64,000 nucleotides of DNA from Fimbriosthenelais zetlandica (taxonomy: Eukaryota): assembly GCA_977030845.1 (NCBI GenBank), contig OZ365110.1:17856001-17920000 (forward strand). Direction: 5' to 3'. Positions 13,451-26,339 of the stretch are shown here, piece after piece. The notes under the pieces are model-generated. The model was not told where the DNA came from, did not search any database, and was given only the letters and a program-made list of their open reading frames with translations. The first letter of the stretch is position 1, and each line of letters begins with the position of its first letter. The translations under genes were made by a program, and so were the position numbers.

Positions 13451-15581
13451 TCACCACTTGTAAGATTTCATTGCCTCAAATAATTTGCTCGATTTAAGTG
13501 TAGGCTTATTTTGTTGTCCAACATCAGGAGTTCTTGTGCAATCAACATTATTCACCACGCCAATACACGATATGGGTACATTTCTTTCCTTCTGATTTAC
13601 TAAGGTTTCTTCTCGGCTTGATCCCGCCTCGGAAAGCCTACTTTTGATAATTATTTTTCTCCCCTTTTTCTTAACAGTAGAATAATTTTTTGATGTACAG
13701 ATGTCATGGGCACTACTAGTATTTACCGCTGGGCCAAATTCATCAGTTTTGGAAGTAAAATTTACAGCTCGATTTATCGAGCGAAGGGATGAGTTCTCTT
13801 CACTTTGACTCCTCGAGGAGAGTGTTGATTGTCCTGGTTTTGGCAAATAACAATCTACAACAGATTGGGGGAGGGAGAAAGAAGAATCCTGGCATTTCTT
13901 TCCGGTTTCCGTTAGAATACGACTTGACTGGAGTATTGGTTGAGATTCCTGAGACGTATCATTGACTTTGTCTTCTAATAATTGTGCAGTGCTTAGGATC
14001 TTTCTCCGTTTTTGTGGTGGTTCTGCAGTATGAGGTTCTGCTGATTTCACACGTCTCAAACGGATCACGGGGTGCTCTACCATGAATTCAGCTGGCTTTT
14101 TTCTCTGTTTAATACAGGCATACCGACTGAAATTGCTTTTTCCATCTGATAATATAAAAGAAAAGAAGATCGATAACAATGGCGGTTGAATGCATACGCT
14201 AGATACAGAATAGATCTTTGGCTGTAGAATTTATGTACCGGTAATGTAGTGTAGGGCCCTACCTAGACAAAATATTCGCCTCGGGTCCCATTCGGCATTC
14301 CCGCTACCAGAGTGGGGACAGCTATGCAGGCTAGGCCCTACCCATAAACATGTTATCCTTAGTAAAATGTTCTATTCTTGGAAAATACTTACAGAATCTA
14401 TTAAGATCTTTATTTTCATCTTTATTTTCTTCTTCTCTTTTGGAGTTGGACCAATGAGTGAATATATTAGCTGCCCAGCCTTTGTTGCAGCAAGGATAAG
14501 AGAGACAGAGTGGGCTCATATTAGAGTCCAGTAGCAATCCAAGTCCGGCTTCCAGTTTCGTCAATCCGCTACCCTGAAATAAGCTTAATTTTCATAGTGC
14601 GACATCAAGAAATTCCCATGTCATAAACAAACAGGAAAGGGTCACTTACACGATACTTGCATCCAGAGAGATCCAGAGCTTCAATACAGCTGAAGCATTG
14701 GAGATATCTAGCTGATGCATCGGTCAACCCCGGATTTCCTTGATAAATTCAAATAAAATCAAAAAAGTTACATAGTAGTAGAAAATTGTCATTGCGATCA
14801 TAATTGGACAGGAATACCGTACCACACTGTCTTCAGTACATGTGTCTCAGGCCTAATAAATCTCTGAATAAAAGGATTTTCTTACCAGATAAATCTAATG
14901 TTTTTAAAGTCAATGGCCCACGTTTCAGTATTCTCATTGGTGAAGTTAAAATTCGAAGACTAGTGTCTGTCAGCTCATTCCCTCGAAGAGACAGTTCCTG
15001 CAAGCTAAAAAGACAATGTGGAAAATGTATAATATTTCAATCTTTTCTTCATATTTCTGGCTCTTACCCAAGAATATTTGGATAGGGCAATATATTTATT
15101 TTTTGGAAAACAATAAGCGAACAAATATACAGATATGAAAAAAAACTCACGTTCTGATATTTGATATATGCTGCAAATTTTCATCATCTTGACCAAGACA
15201 ACAAAGATCCAGATTCAATTTAGTCAGCTCAAAAGCCATCGAAGAAACTATTGGCAATAAGTCAGTGACGTCACCACCGAATTTCTCCATGTTAAGATTT
15301 TCTATCATCAATGGTCCATAGGCAAAAGAAAAAAGTTGCAGGGACCTCACAGTATTCTCTGAGTGGTAATCTTCAAATACTCCCTTCTTTTCTGCTCTTT
15401 CAAACAAAGTCTTTCCCATTACTTCGGGGAAATCTACAAGTGATTCGACATAGTGAGTGTGGACGGCAATGAAATCTAAACAGATATCTAAGAGGGAGGC
15501 AGGCGAGCAGCAGGCATCTGTGGGTTTACTAGGTTGAGGGCATTCTCTGGAGGTATTAAGGTCGACTCTAATCTTTTCCAT
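13451..15581 (-). CDS. LRRC42: Leucine-rich repeat-containing protein 42-like, 504 aa
   Basis: Exons 15581-15151, 15004-14886, 14738-14650, 14573-14393, 14145-13451 (1515 nt, phases consistent). Segments SLVDFPEVMGKTLF, LQLFSFAYG, LTSPMRILKRG, LDLSGNPGLTD and RFYGK match LRRC42 as I recall it. Confidence 0.88.
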
Positions 15582-15837
15582 GATTGCAGAATGGTCTGTT
15601 CACGCGTAACTACTTTTCAATTTGTCAAGATTTCAAGCCAAAGTCCGCCATCTTGGACCGTTGTAACGGGTATCAGGTTAGAACTCTCACCGTTTTTCTT
15701 TAGTTCCCGTTTTACCCGCACGAGCGCATGAGTCGGCAGCAAATGAAAGTCTGGCGCTCATTGGCTGATTAACCATTTGCACCTCTACACCAATCACCCT
15801 CCTCCTAGCATGAGTTTTCGGCTTTGGAAAATCCAGT
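15582..15837. promoter_or_regulatory. Bidirectional promoter LRRC42/NELFA
   Basis: Divergent ATGs 256 bp apart, locally CpG-rich, CCAAT motifs on both strands, and ATGGCCGCC at the NELFA start. Confidence 0.7.
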
Positions 15838-18800
15838 ATGGCCGCCAGCCTAGGGGATACTGCACTGTGGCTACACAATAAACTTGGTTCCACCGACGAT
15901 TTGTGGTCAGGAGGATCAATATGTTCACAACTTTCTCGGGACCGATTGCTGAGTATTCAGGACTGCTTTCCTACACTACAGCCCTATGTGAAGGTCAAAC
16001 TTATGCTCTCCTTTCTCCATCTTCCGAAGAGGAATGTCGAAGAAGTAAGTTACCTCCTAGGCCTACATTGCTACAACACTGGCGCTGGCACTGCCGCAGT
16101 GGCAGCCAGTGCTCCACTTTTCCTGGACCAGGGTCAGAGCCCCTGGCCCAGTTATTACGTAAATTTTATGGATATCTTTATTTACAATATTAATAATCAA
16201 CATATTTCTATGTCGTTTAAACTTCTGCAGTAGAGAAGGGAATCAATTTTGTGTCACTGACACTGTGACGCTATGTTAATTTGTTATATACATGACTGTA
16301 CTGTTTTACTTTTAATAGCATGTAATTGTATACTATAGGCCTATTTAGTATGGGCCAAATCACAACAAATTATATTTACCTGTGATTGTTTATTGACCAA
16401 TTATTACGTGTATTGGGTAAAAGTGTGTATGTTCTACAGTTAAATTATAATAAGATGGATACATCCTAATTACTTATTAAATTCCTTTTTTATTTTTTGG
16501 ACATAAATTAATAATATGTCCCTTTAATCTATTCTTCTCTAAATGTGTATTGATTGATTTAATATGACTGCTGAATACCGAGCAAGGCTCAATAAACATT
16601 CTGCCATGAAGTCATCAGTAGGCAGTACGGTATATAATAATGCCAAATGACATTACATTGCCATCAACATGTTGCCTTATTATAATATTTTTGATATTTA
16701 TTCCCAACCTTGACATTTAACAGTGGCGGGTGGAGCTGGAAGAAATATTGACAATGGCGGCTGACGACACTGACCAGTGGGTCGCCATGGTTGGCGATCT
16801 CATGCGTACATTCCCCAGCACTGGAGCCATAAACTCCCAGGTGGACGACACCCACAAGTTCTACCATGACATATTGACCGAACTTCGCAAATTAGGTGCG
16901 TTTTAGAAATGTATATAATGTAGAGGTATTACTATTCTGTAGTGTCATTGCCTATTACGGTACCTCTAAATATGGTTTACAAAGAATACCGGTATATAGG
17001 CCTGTAATACAATTTTCCCTCTAATAATAAGGGTTCCATATTTCGGTATTATCATAGAAGTTTTAAGAATAGAATCCATGAAAATTTTCATAACAACGTG
17101 GCTCTAAATTAAAAGAATAAATTAAATTTGCTGTTGAAACTATCCACATTATATATGGTTATATTAATGTGAATCTAGTGAGGAGGTCGGCAGATGTTGG
17201 AATGTTACCATTGGAGTGCCTCTACCTTAGCCGGACAGCTCTACTGTCTGTGGCCGGCACTCAGCCTCAACCAGTCAAACATTTCGCGCTCAAACGAAAA
17301 CCCAAGTCAGCTGCTCTGAGGGCAGAGCTACTTCAAAAATGTAAGATTCTATTTGTCTGTGTTCCTTTATTAGCCTAAATACTACAGTACACTGTTAAGT
17401 CTGAAAGTGAAAGAGTAACATTAAACATTATATGTGCTCTCTCTTGATTTTAATATTTTCCCTATTAAAGCTGCCGAAGTGGCAAACAACTTGCGGAAAA
17501 GTGGTGGCAGTACAACACTTCCAATCAAAGTTCGGAGTTTTGCCAAACGAATGGATGATACAAGTAAGTGTAAACTTCATTTTCTGCATGTTTTGTTTTG
17601 TATTCCTGGTACGGTACTCCGAAATATGCCATTTCATGATATGAGTCTGGATCATTCTCTTACCGGGTTAATATTGTATTTGTAATAATTTAAATGAATT
17701 GTTTTTATTGACTTCAGCTCCTTTGAAGGGTTTACCGAGTAGGACACCTTTGTCTGGGGGTTTCCGATCCCCTGGTTCAGGAATGTCCAGGTTTGGAGGC
17801 GCAACTCCTTCACCGCGTACACCAGCTGGCCGTAAAGAAGGGGGTATCAAGGTGAGGAGAAAATGTCACATTCTGATTACATCAGACTTGATTACATATA
17901 AGTTGAATAGGATATAAAATACATCGTATGTTCTTCAGATATTTTTTAACATTTTGTTTGGATCTCTCCTGATGCGGTAGCTTGGTAACTTCGCACTAGT
18001 ATAAGTTCGGAACAGAAATTCAGGAGTATCCTGATTAAATTATCAATTATGAAGCGTTAACAGTTTAGTATTTCATTCTGCTTTCCAGCTCCTGGATCTC
18101 ACAGAAGTGCCAGTTGGAGCTAAGGAGGCCAAACGACGGAAAAAGCTGGCTGGTAAGTCTGAATATTTCTATTGAAATTGCCTTTTGAAATCATTTATGA
18201 AAGTATTTCTGTCTAGTTTAAATAATTATCCTACTCTATATATAAACTGGGTATTCCTTCAAGGATAAAAATATAATGTAATATTTTCACTATTTACAGA
18301 AGTTGAAGCAGCTGAACAGCAGAAGAAGGAGAAGGAGGCAGCGGCCTCAGCAACCCCCGAGTATGCCGCTGGATTGGTCAACCCTGTATTAACGGTAAAT
18401 TTTTATGGCTTCTCCAGTGAATTTGTTTGTTCTAATTTGTATGTTAAGACATCATTTCCTGGGAATTCTGGGACACATTAAACTTCTCTTTGAATATAAT
18501 ATATCCTCTAATAAGTTTTCTTAATTACTATTCATATATAGAACCTAACGCCAACATCGGTCACTGCCCCCAATGTGGTCACCTACACTCCTGTCACATC
18601 AACACACTTGGCACCTCCCGCCACAACCGGAGGTAAACTATTGTATTAATTTACTTTTATTTCAACTTATTTATAAAATGAAATATTAGATATTTGATAA
18701 AGGGGTGCAACCATTTTGGGAACTGTTCTAAATGTAAATTTTAAGGGCTCAAAACCTTGATTTTCCTCACTTTGTTGTTGAGATTTGATATCAAAAAGTA

Positions 18801-19817
18801 GAGGATTTGTTTTAGAATACATGTACATGTATATGGTATGAATTCAGTTACTTATTGTTTCCCCCTTGTACAGCCCCTTCTGCTACACAACAAGCGAGAG
18901 ACAATCTGCAACAACAGCTGCAACAACAGATGGGGCAGAGGGCGACGATAGCACCTGGACAGAATACACTCGTTGTTACAACTCAGGTTAGCTTAGAATG
19001 GTTATTTAAAACTTTTGATATGACGTCTCCTAGGTAGACTTTATCTGTTAAAGATATTTCGGAAATATGTTGCATCAGGGTGTAAGACGCTTGGAATCAT
19101 TTCTTACAGAATGTACAAGGAACTCAAGTGGTCCAAACAATTATGCAGGGTGGCGTTACCACCACAGTTAACTCAGCTGCTGGACAGCCGAGCGACAAAC
19201 CACAATCCACACAGCCACCACAACCCAAAAAAGTCCTCTCACTTACCGTAAGTGGTTTCAGTCTCATGTTTCTTAATTGCTTGAAATAATTTTGCATCTG
19301 AAGATTAATTTTCTCTGCCATGGCATGTTGCCCTCACCTACAGGTTAATTTCGAATTGGTTAAAACTAACTTTAAATCCTTTTATCAATTACAGAAAGAG
19401 CAAATGTTGGAAGCACAGGATATGTTCAAAAATTCCAACAAGTTGACTCGAGCAGAGAAGGCCCTCATTTTGGGATTCATGGCCGGCTCACGAGGTGAGA
19501 ATAATTGTTTTATTATAAAGTATTTTATTTTATCTGTTTCCAGTCGTAGCGGAGGTTCATTGAAAATATATGGGTTATTGATTTATTGGGTTGCATACTT
19601 GCAAGGGATTTTCAAATGCAATCTAAAATTATTTTCAGCAAATCCGTGTCCACAGCAGGGAGATATAGTCAATATTAGACTCAGCGAGAATTCTGAGAGT
19701 GTTAAACAGCCGGACAGTACATATTTACCAATGACAGTCGAGGTCTACTTCCAAATGAACTACAATACCGGAGAGTGGCGACGAATAAAGAAGTGCCGAG
19801 AGGTAGATGAGGACTGA
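15838..19817 (+). CDS. NELFA: Negative elongation factor A, 515 aa
   Basis: Exons 15838-16044, 16724-16895, 17179-17340, 17471-17563, 17718-17851, 18089-18152, 18300-18394, 18542-18632, 18874-18986, 19110-19247, 19395-19494, 19639-19817 (1548 nt). Diagnostic DTALWLHNKLG, HFALKRKPKSAALRAELL and KALILGFMAGSR. Confidence 0.96.
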
Positions 19818-22661
19818 TGGTGTAATTTCTGGTAAAATCTTGATGAAAATGTATCGTATTTTTGGACCAGGTTAACTTATGGGGGATTAAATCAGTGAAT
19901 GCCGTTCGTAATGTAATATAAGATACTTATATTATTGGACTAAATATGGAATATTAGGATATGATCTTTTCCTAAACTCTCATTAAGTTATAGCATTTTG
20001 GGAGTCTCGAGGAACAATTTATAAATCTTTACGTTGTGAATTCTCAAGCCATTCCACTATGGTGTGTGAAGAATTTAGAGATCTGCCATCATCTATTTTC
20101 ATATAATATTTGCCACATTTTCCCCAAGTTAAAATGATATTAAATGCAAAATATATTCTGTACCTTAAAAAATAATGGTAAGCTGTGCGTACTAGTGTAT
20201 ATTATCTGGTTTCATGTGAGCCACCGTTTCGATGTAAAAATATAAATTTTGTTCTGATTGTGCATGGAACCTGAGATATGTGTCGATTCACAAGGCTTTC
20301 CTGAGAATTAAACGGCGTTTGGGTTGCTCAGAAATCTCGAAGGGATATCCTTATGCAACGATATGCACTGTGCATTTTGATTTGATAAATTCGACATCAC
20401 AACAATTTAAAGTTTCTATTTTCCTTCAGATTTACATTTTCTTCTATCACTTGCGTAGTCTATTGTAAAATAGCTTTTTATTTTCCATATTTTAATGGAA
20501 GGAAATTTACGAGAATACTTGTGACCTGAAAAGCCATCTTATGATGTAGAGGTTATTTTGTGGTTCCCTATCATTCGCTATCATGAATATTTTTGTATTC
20601 AGGCAATCGTGATAAAACGTTCAAATGAGGGTGTTGCATTAGCCAAGTGTGAGATTTGCTGATGATTGAATGAAATTGACTCATTTATGCGATGTTAATA
20701 TTGATTCTTGTAAATTGAAATTGATTTGTTGGAGTGGAATGAAATTGCTCGGACCTGATTTTTTGATCTTTGTCTTAATTGACAAAAGTTTGTGGACATG
20801 TTATTTTAATTTTTGTCGGGGTTTCAGAACTAATTTTGCAAAACAATCCTGGGCGCCCTTGTTATGTATTCTTGTTTAACATGCCGTTTGATTGAAGAAC
20901 TAGTTTGTGAATTGAAGTAAAATGTCATTTATCATGTCATTTATCTAGAGCCTCATTTAATAAACAAGAAAAACGAAAGTGCCTTATAGAATATTTTTTA
21001 TTGTGAAAACCTTATGCCATGTCATGATATGTAGCACATATATATACTGGCAACGTTGAAATGAGAACAATCATATTTAAAATTAAAGACAAATTAAAAG
21101 TTTAACTTGTCCAAGTAACAAATATATAATTTTGTATTTGGAAACTATCTTTGAAATAATAACCAATACAAATTACCAATGTGAATGAGAATCAGTTAAA
21201 ATTAATGCGTAACACAATGAAATATTTACATAAATTAGATTTTCTAAGACTGGGAAAGGAGTATCTTTACCCATCAGATCAACCACACAAAGCGGTTAAG
21301 TCATCTATGTAGCATCAATGGCCTTTATGGGCCTCAAGTAAAAGGAAAAGGAATTTAAAACTAGTATCATACCATCCTTTACTTTGCAAGGCAACCAAAA
21401 TTTCCAATTTCCGTCTGGAAAGTTATTCCATAAACCTTTTCGCCAGCTGCTATAAATTAAATCACAGTGACCTTACCTTACCATAAGAGACTTTAAGATA
21501 ACAATGTTCATATCTTCATCTTAGAAACCAAAGATTAATGTCGTATCTACAACGTGTGGTAATTTGTTAAAAAGTCAAATTTAACTTCCCTTCCTGATCG
21601 ATTAAGTTAAGTAATTGATATAAATTAATAAGTCGTTTCTGGGCATATTTACAATTGGACCCACAAGGGAAACAGGTTCAGTCCCTCTCTCATAAAATGT
21701 ATCTACCCTATCGTCCACCAATCTTGCCTTGTATTCAAGTTGGGGCTATAATGACCCTGGCACTAATTTGTTGCTGAAAATCAGGTTGCATGCTTTCCTG
21801 TCGGTTGTGAATGTTTACATCAAAATGGACACAACCACACTACAACCCTGAGTGTCACGGAGAAACAGGAAAGATGAGCAAATATCTGTGAGAAATAATG
21901 CAAGAGGGCAACGATAGCAGTCTAAAAAGATATACACGTATACTCATATATTATATAAAATTATACTTAAACAAATAATAATGATCACATTAATCAGTAC
22001 TAGATTCAGGATTGGTTCCTGAGCAAGCATAGACATGTATGTTAATTTCAGAAGAATCTCGGGTCAATTGATGAATACATGAAAGCGCGGGCATATAGGC
22101 CTACCATGCAAAAATAAATCTATTCCGAATTTTTTCAAGATCAACCTGTTTCAAAAACTAAAATATGTTATCACAATCATTATTTACACAGGTCGTGCTT
22201 TTGTATTTATAATGGGCAAACTAAGCCCTATTCAGCATCTCCCGGCCAGCACCCCACTAAAATAGTGTGCATTACCCTACAGAATCCGAGTGTGATGTAA
22301 GTTGCAACCCATTATGATAAACTATCGTGGACCAGCCTTCCTTTGATGTCAATTCAGAACCAGGGAATACCACAAGGAATGTCAGCCAGGGAGTTATGGT
22401 ATAATTCAATATCTAAGGGTTATGACATCGACCCCTCTCAAGAGACACTATCCATCCTGAATGGTTCATATAATAATTGATATGTAACTCACCTAGATTA
22501 TGACCCATCAGAGATTTTGAGTTTGAGTATTAATTTAGTCGGACCTTGTATTTCTTAACGATTTTAGCTTGATAGAAAACCTGATATGGATTAAGGAAAG
22601 GGAAGTCTCCATGGGTATGTTACCGATTTAAATTTTCGGGGTTTTAGGTCATTTTATTTTT

Positions 22662-24062
22662 TTACAAGACTAACCGAGTGCTTTCACTGTCTTGGCGAAC
22701 TTGTTGTTTGCAGAGAGGGCATGTGTTACTTTGCTCAAGCCAGTGGACTAAACACCTGAAAACAAAGATGTATATAACCAATCAAACTCAAAGGATTTGG
22801 CAAGGAAAAAGAATGTCTTAAGTCTATCTCTTTGATTATTCAAAGCACGTTCTCTTCGTTTACTTACTTTCTGTGAAATGAATGTTTACAAAGGCACATA
22901 GCGATTTTTTCTCCGGGGGTGAATTCTTCTAGACAAACAGCACAGACCTGAAAAAATATTACCTACCTGGTATATCAATGATTCATTTTCAACTGCTTTG
23001 ATTTTTCATTGGGAAATAAAATAAAAACTTTGTAAATCACTTCGAATGAAGTGTTTCAGTTAATAATATCAAATTCAAATACAATTCAATGGATGCATAT
23101 GTATACCAAAGGAAAAGAAAAGTACCTACCTCGTTTGAAGTTTTCTTAAGCTTTTTATATTTAACCTAAAAATCATAAAGATTACTTGTGATATTTTACA
23201 GAATCATTAGAGAGGACATTCTGGATGATCTGGAATTCATATTATATTTACATCAGCTGACAAAGAATCATTCTGCTATGAATAAAAGATTATATCAACT
23301 ACGGTACATAGAATCATCAAGCAGGTATAACCAGGACAATGATGGTAAATGAGTCCTTACCAGACGCACTCCCATTGGAAGCTATGTGAAAAAAAGCTAA
23401 ATTAATGTATTACCTTTCATAAAATACTGCTATCTTTTTAAGAAATTCTATGGATCAATGGAACTTGTTTTGATAATGTAATTAAAAGCAACAGACCTAC
23501 CCAGCTGGTAATTGCCTGAAATATTTTCAAAATTATTGGAAAGATTTTAATTTTGTACATAAATAACAAAATCGTCGAAAATTAGGTGGATGACAAATGA
23601 TTTTAATTTCCAATACCGGTAAGCTACTGAACGTCCGGGTCTTGATGCAAAGTTTTATTTTCACCCAATACACAAATATATCCATTCCATATACTCACTT
23701 CCTTGTAGCCCATCTCACGTTCGCCTTGTCTTCTAAGACTGAAAGATAATATAAAAGATAAATTTAATTCTTTTCTCCTTAAAATAAACATAATAGGGCC
23801 TATAGACCTATTTACATTATATTTCATACAATTATTAAAAAAAATAGAGATTGTCATTGAGGCGGAAACTTCTTCCTACGTGATAAGTCCCAAACGAATT
23901 AAGAGTCGGCCAAAACGTCAACAGTAAGCCGGTACCGTAATGTAGAAAAAAAACATATTCTTACCACCAAAGGCAGCAACAGAAGACAAGGCTCAACATC
24001 AAAGTCAATAGCCCGACCCCGAAAAGGGGTATGGAGGCGCGGAAAGTCGCATCCAACTTCAT
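22662..24062 (-). CDS. RNF24: Small single-TM RING-H2 E3 ligase, RNF24/RNF122 family, 115 aa (absent from the ORF track)
   Basis: Exons 24062-23965, 23738-23699, 23165-23130, 22947-22868, 22755-22662 give MKLDATFRASIPLFGVGLLTLMLSLVFCCCLWCLRRQGEREMGYKEVKYKKLKKTSNEVCAVCLEEFTPGEKIAMCLCKHSFHRKCLVHWLEQSNTCPLCKQQVRQDSESTRLVL*. It has a complete C3H2C3 RING-H2 and an LSLVFCC TM motif. RNF24 versus RNF122 cannot be resolved. Confidence 0.9.
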
Positions 24063-24194
24063 TTTGTATCATCATATCGCGGAATCTGTAGATTTGACAT
24101 TAATATTATTGTACCTATGTAAATTCATGAACAACATATTGACAATATCATGTATTTGTATAGGAGAGTTCTGTATATAGGTGTGCATGGGTAA

Positions 24195-24500
24195 AGGTCG
24201 ACACGCGCGACACAGCCCTAAAATCAAGGTCGCCATTCCTTAACGTGCGAAAAAATGGCTGGTAAAAATCGACATGGGACATTCAGAATTTCCTTAGAAA
24301 TTGACCCACGACACATGGATTTATTTTGAAAGCGACACCCGATATCACAAATTTTTGAACAGTGACACGCGACATATTCAGTTTTTAAATAGTGACACGC
24401 GACATGCCGAATAAGATGAAAGTGACACTATTTCATTTCAAAAACTGACACGCGACATGAAGACATTCCTTATTGTGTGACATTCTGACACAGGCATAAA
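24195..24500. repeat. Spaced array of (A)GTGACACGCGACA-like motifs at about 30-bp intervals, probably subterminal repeats of a non-autonomous DNA element
   Basis: TGACACGCGACA near 24363, 24393 and 24447, plus several degenerate copies. Confidence 0.55.
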
Positions 24501-25330
24501 AAGGGGACCCATGTAGGCCTACACCTTTCTGTATGGTCCAGAAATATAGGCGCATGAGAATTGATTTATGGTTTCCGGTTAGCCTACATGGAAATTTCAA
24601 AAGAGAGTAGGTAGGTAGGATTTTAGTTTATTTCTAAAATAAATTTTATGGATCTTTCGACAGATATACCCTACTGAACAAAATTCTGATGTTGCGTGTG
24701 CATAGTCCCCATTAGTCCCCTCTGAGGCTCTGGGAGGTCAATATTTCAGTAAGTAGGTGGTCATTATGAGAGTATATATGACCGCTCGTGAACCAATGAA
24801 ATCGGCCCTGTTTGACCTACATAAGGAGGTGAGTCATGTCAGGACGAGGCAGTGGGAGAGAGGACTTAGGCTGGTAGAGTGTGTGTAAAATGAAAGTACC
24901 TAATGATAATCATACATATTTGCAGTGAAGGAGATGTGTCAATAGCGTTATACTTCGCTGTACTAGGATTATAAATGGAATATCGTGGTTGAGGGATAAT
25001 GAGAGGAATGAAGTCATGTATGTATGAAGTGTATGTCTGTTTGACCTACATAAGCAGGAGGGGTGAGTGGTGGTGTAGGGGTGGGTAGGTTTGGCAGAGG
25101 TGGATGTATAGGAGTCGGTAGGTGTGTTGGCCCTGTGTGGAAGAGTTTAAGTGGGTCATGACTAGCAAACTTAGCCAATGAGCGCACAGCGTAAATACAG
25201 GCTTGTGAACAAGGTAAGACAATGTTAAGAGACACATGAAGGAAATCGTGAATAAAACATGATTTATGGCATTAAAAGTTCTGTATCGATGACAGGTGAA
25301 GGGGTTAAATGTGTGCCGGGGACTAAAGCA

Positions 25331-25452
25331 ATTAGACCCTTGCTTGGTTTCGCGTTCGCCCCTTCTACGGCGAAATATACTTTCGCCTTTCAGGCTCAAG
25401 TATATATTTACGCCGTAGAAGGGTCTCGCGCTCAACCAAGCAAGGGTCTAAT
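25331..25452. mobile_element. 122-bp foldback MITE-like hairpin
   Basis: Perfect 19-bp terminal inverted repeat ATTAGACCCTTGCTTGGTT/AACCAAGCAAGGGTCTAAT and an inner perfect CCCTTCTACGGCG/CGCCGTAGAAGGG pair. Confidence 0.7.
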
Positions 25453-26339
25453 CCTATAATAGACAAGCTGCCCTCCATTATAGATAGCTTTTCTGGCTTA
25501 TGATTTGTGCCACAAACAGGTACCGGTAACTCCACCATGAAGTTTTTTTTTTCTAGATAAATGTGATTTGGGGCGGGCGATTTGCCACTGCCCTATTATC
25601 TCTAGGAAAAATTTGAAGTCAATACCGTTTACGGTATAGACAATATCGACTGAGGTGGGGACTGTTTCATAACAATGATGCACTATATATCTTAGCAGTA
25701 ATTTATTGACTTTATCTTAGACTTAGTTTAACCTTCTATGCTCAGATCATCCCATCTGCGCCATACACTTCCTATAAAATACCAGTAGGCCTAGGCCTAC
25801 CGTAGGCCTAGGTTAACCTAGGCCTACGGTAGGATTAATTAATCGATTATCTCTGGTTAATGTTAGGCCTACCTATAGGCCCCTATGTAAGAACTGTAAT
25901 TTATATAGGACTAACGTAAATTATTTATAAATAGGCCATACAAGTAGGTCTAATTTATATTTTCAATTCAATGGCAATGCTTTTATTTTATTAGTATGGT
26001 AGGACTTGTATAGTGACACACAGTGACAATCAGGCCCAGGCCAGGGTAAAATTTAATATAGATAATATACCGGTAGATGGTACAGGAACAATGATATAAT
26101 ATAGCCATGATATAATATAAACAGGGAAAAAATGTAAGGGTCTTCCCGACCCCTGGATCACGAGTGACGAGGAGGAGCCAGGAGGTGGATCACCATGAGC
26201 CTGTATAAATGATCTTCTCTACGCTTTAAAATATAGGAAAGTAAATATTCTTTTCCTATATACGGATGTATCTCTATAATAACCAATTACTATACTGACG
26301 GGTTACGGTAAGGTAATTGCTTGTCAAGAAAGTAAAACT

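Noticed and set aside
14252-14340. TAGGGCC...GGCCCTA inverted ends in an LRRC42 intron
   Set aside because: Only 7 bp, no TSD, and the motif is common in this genome.
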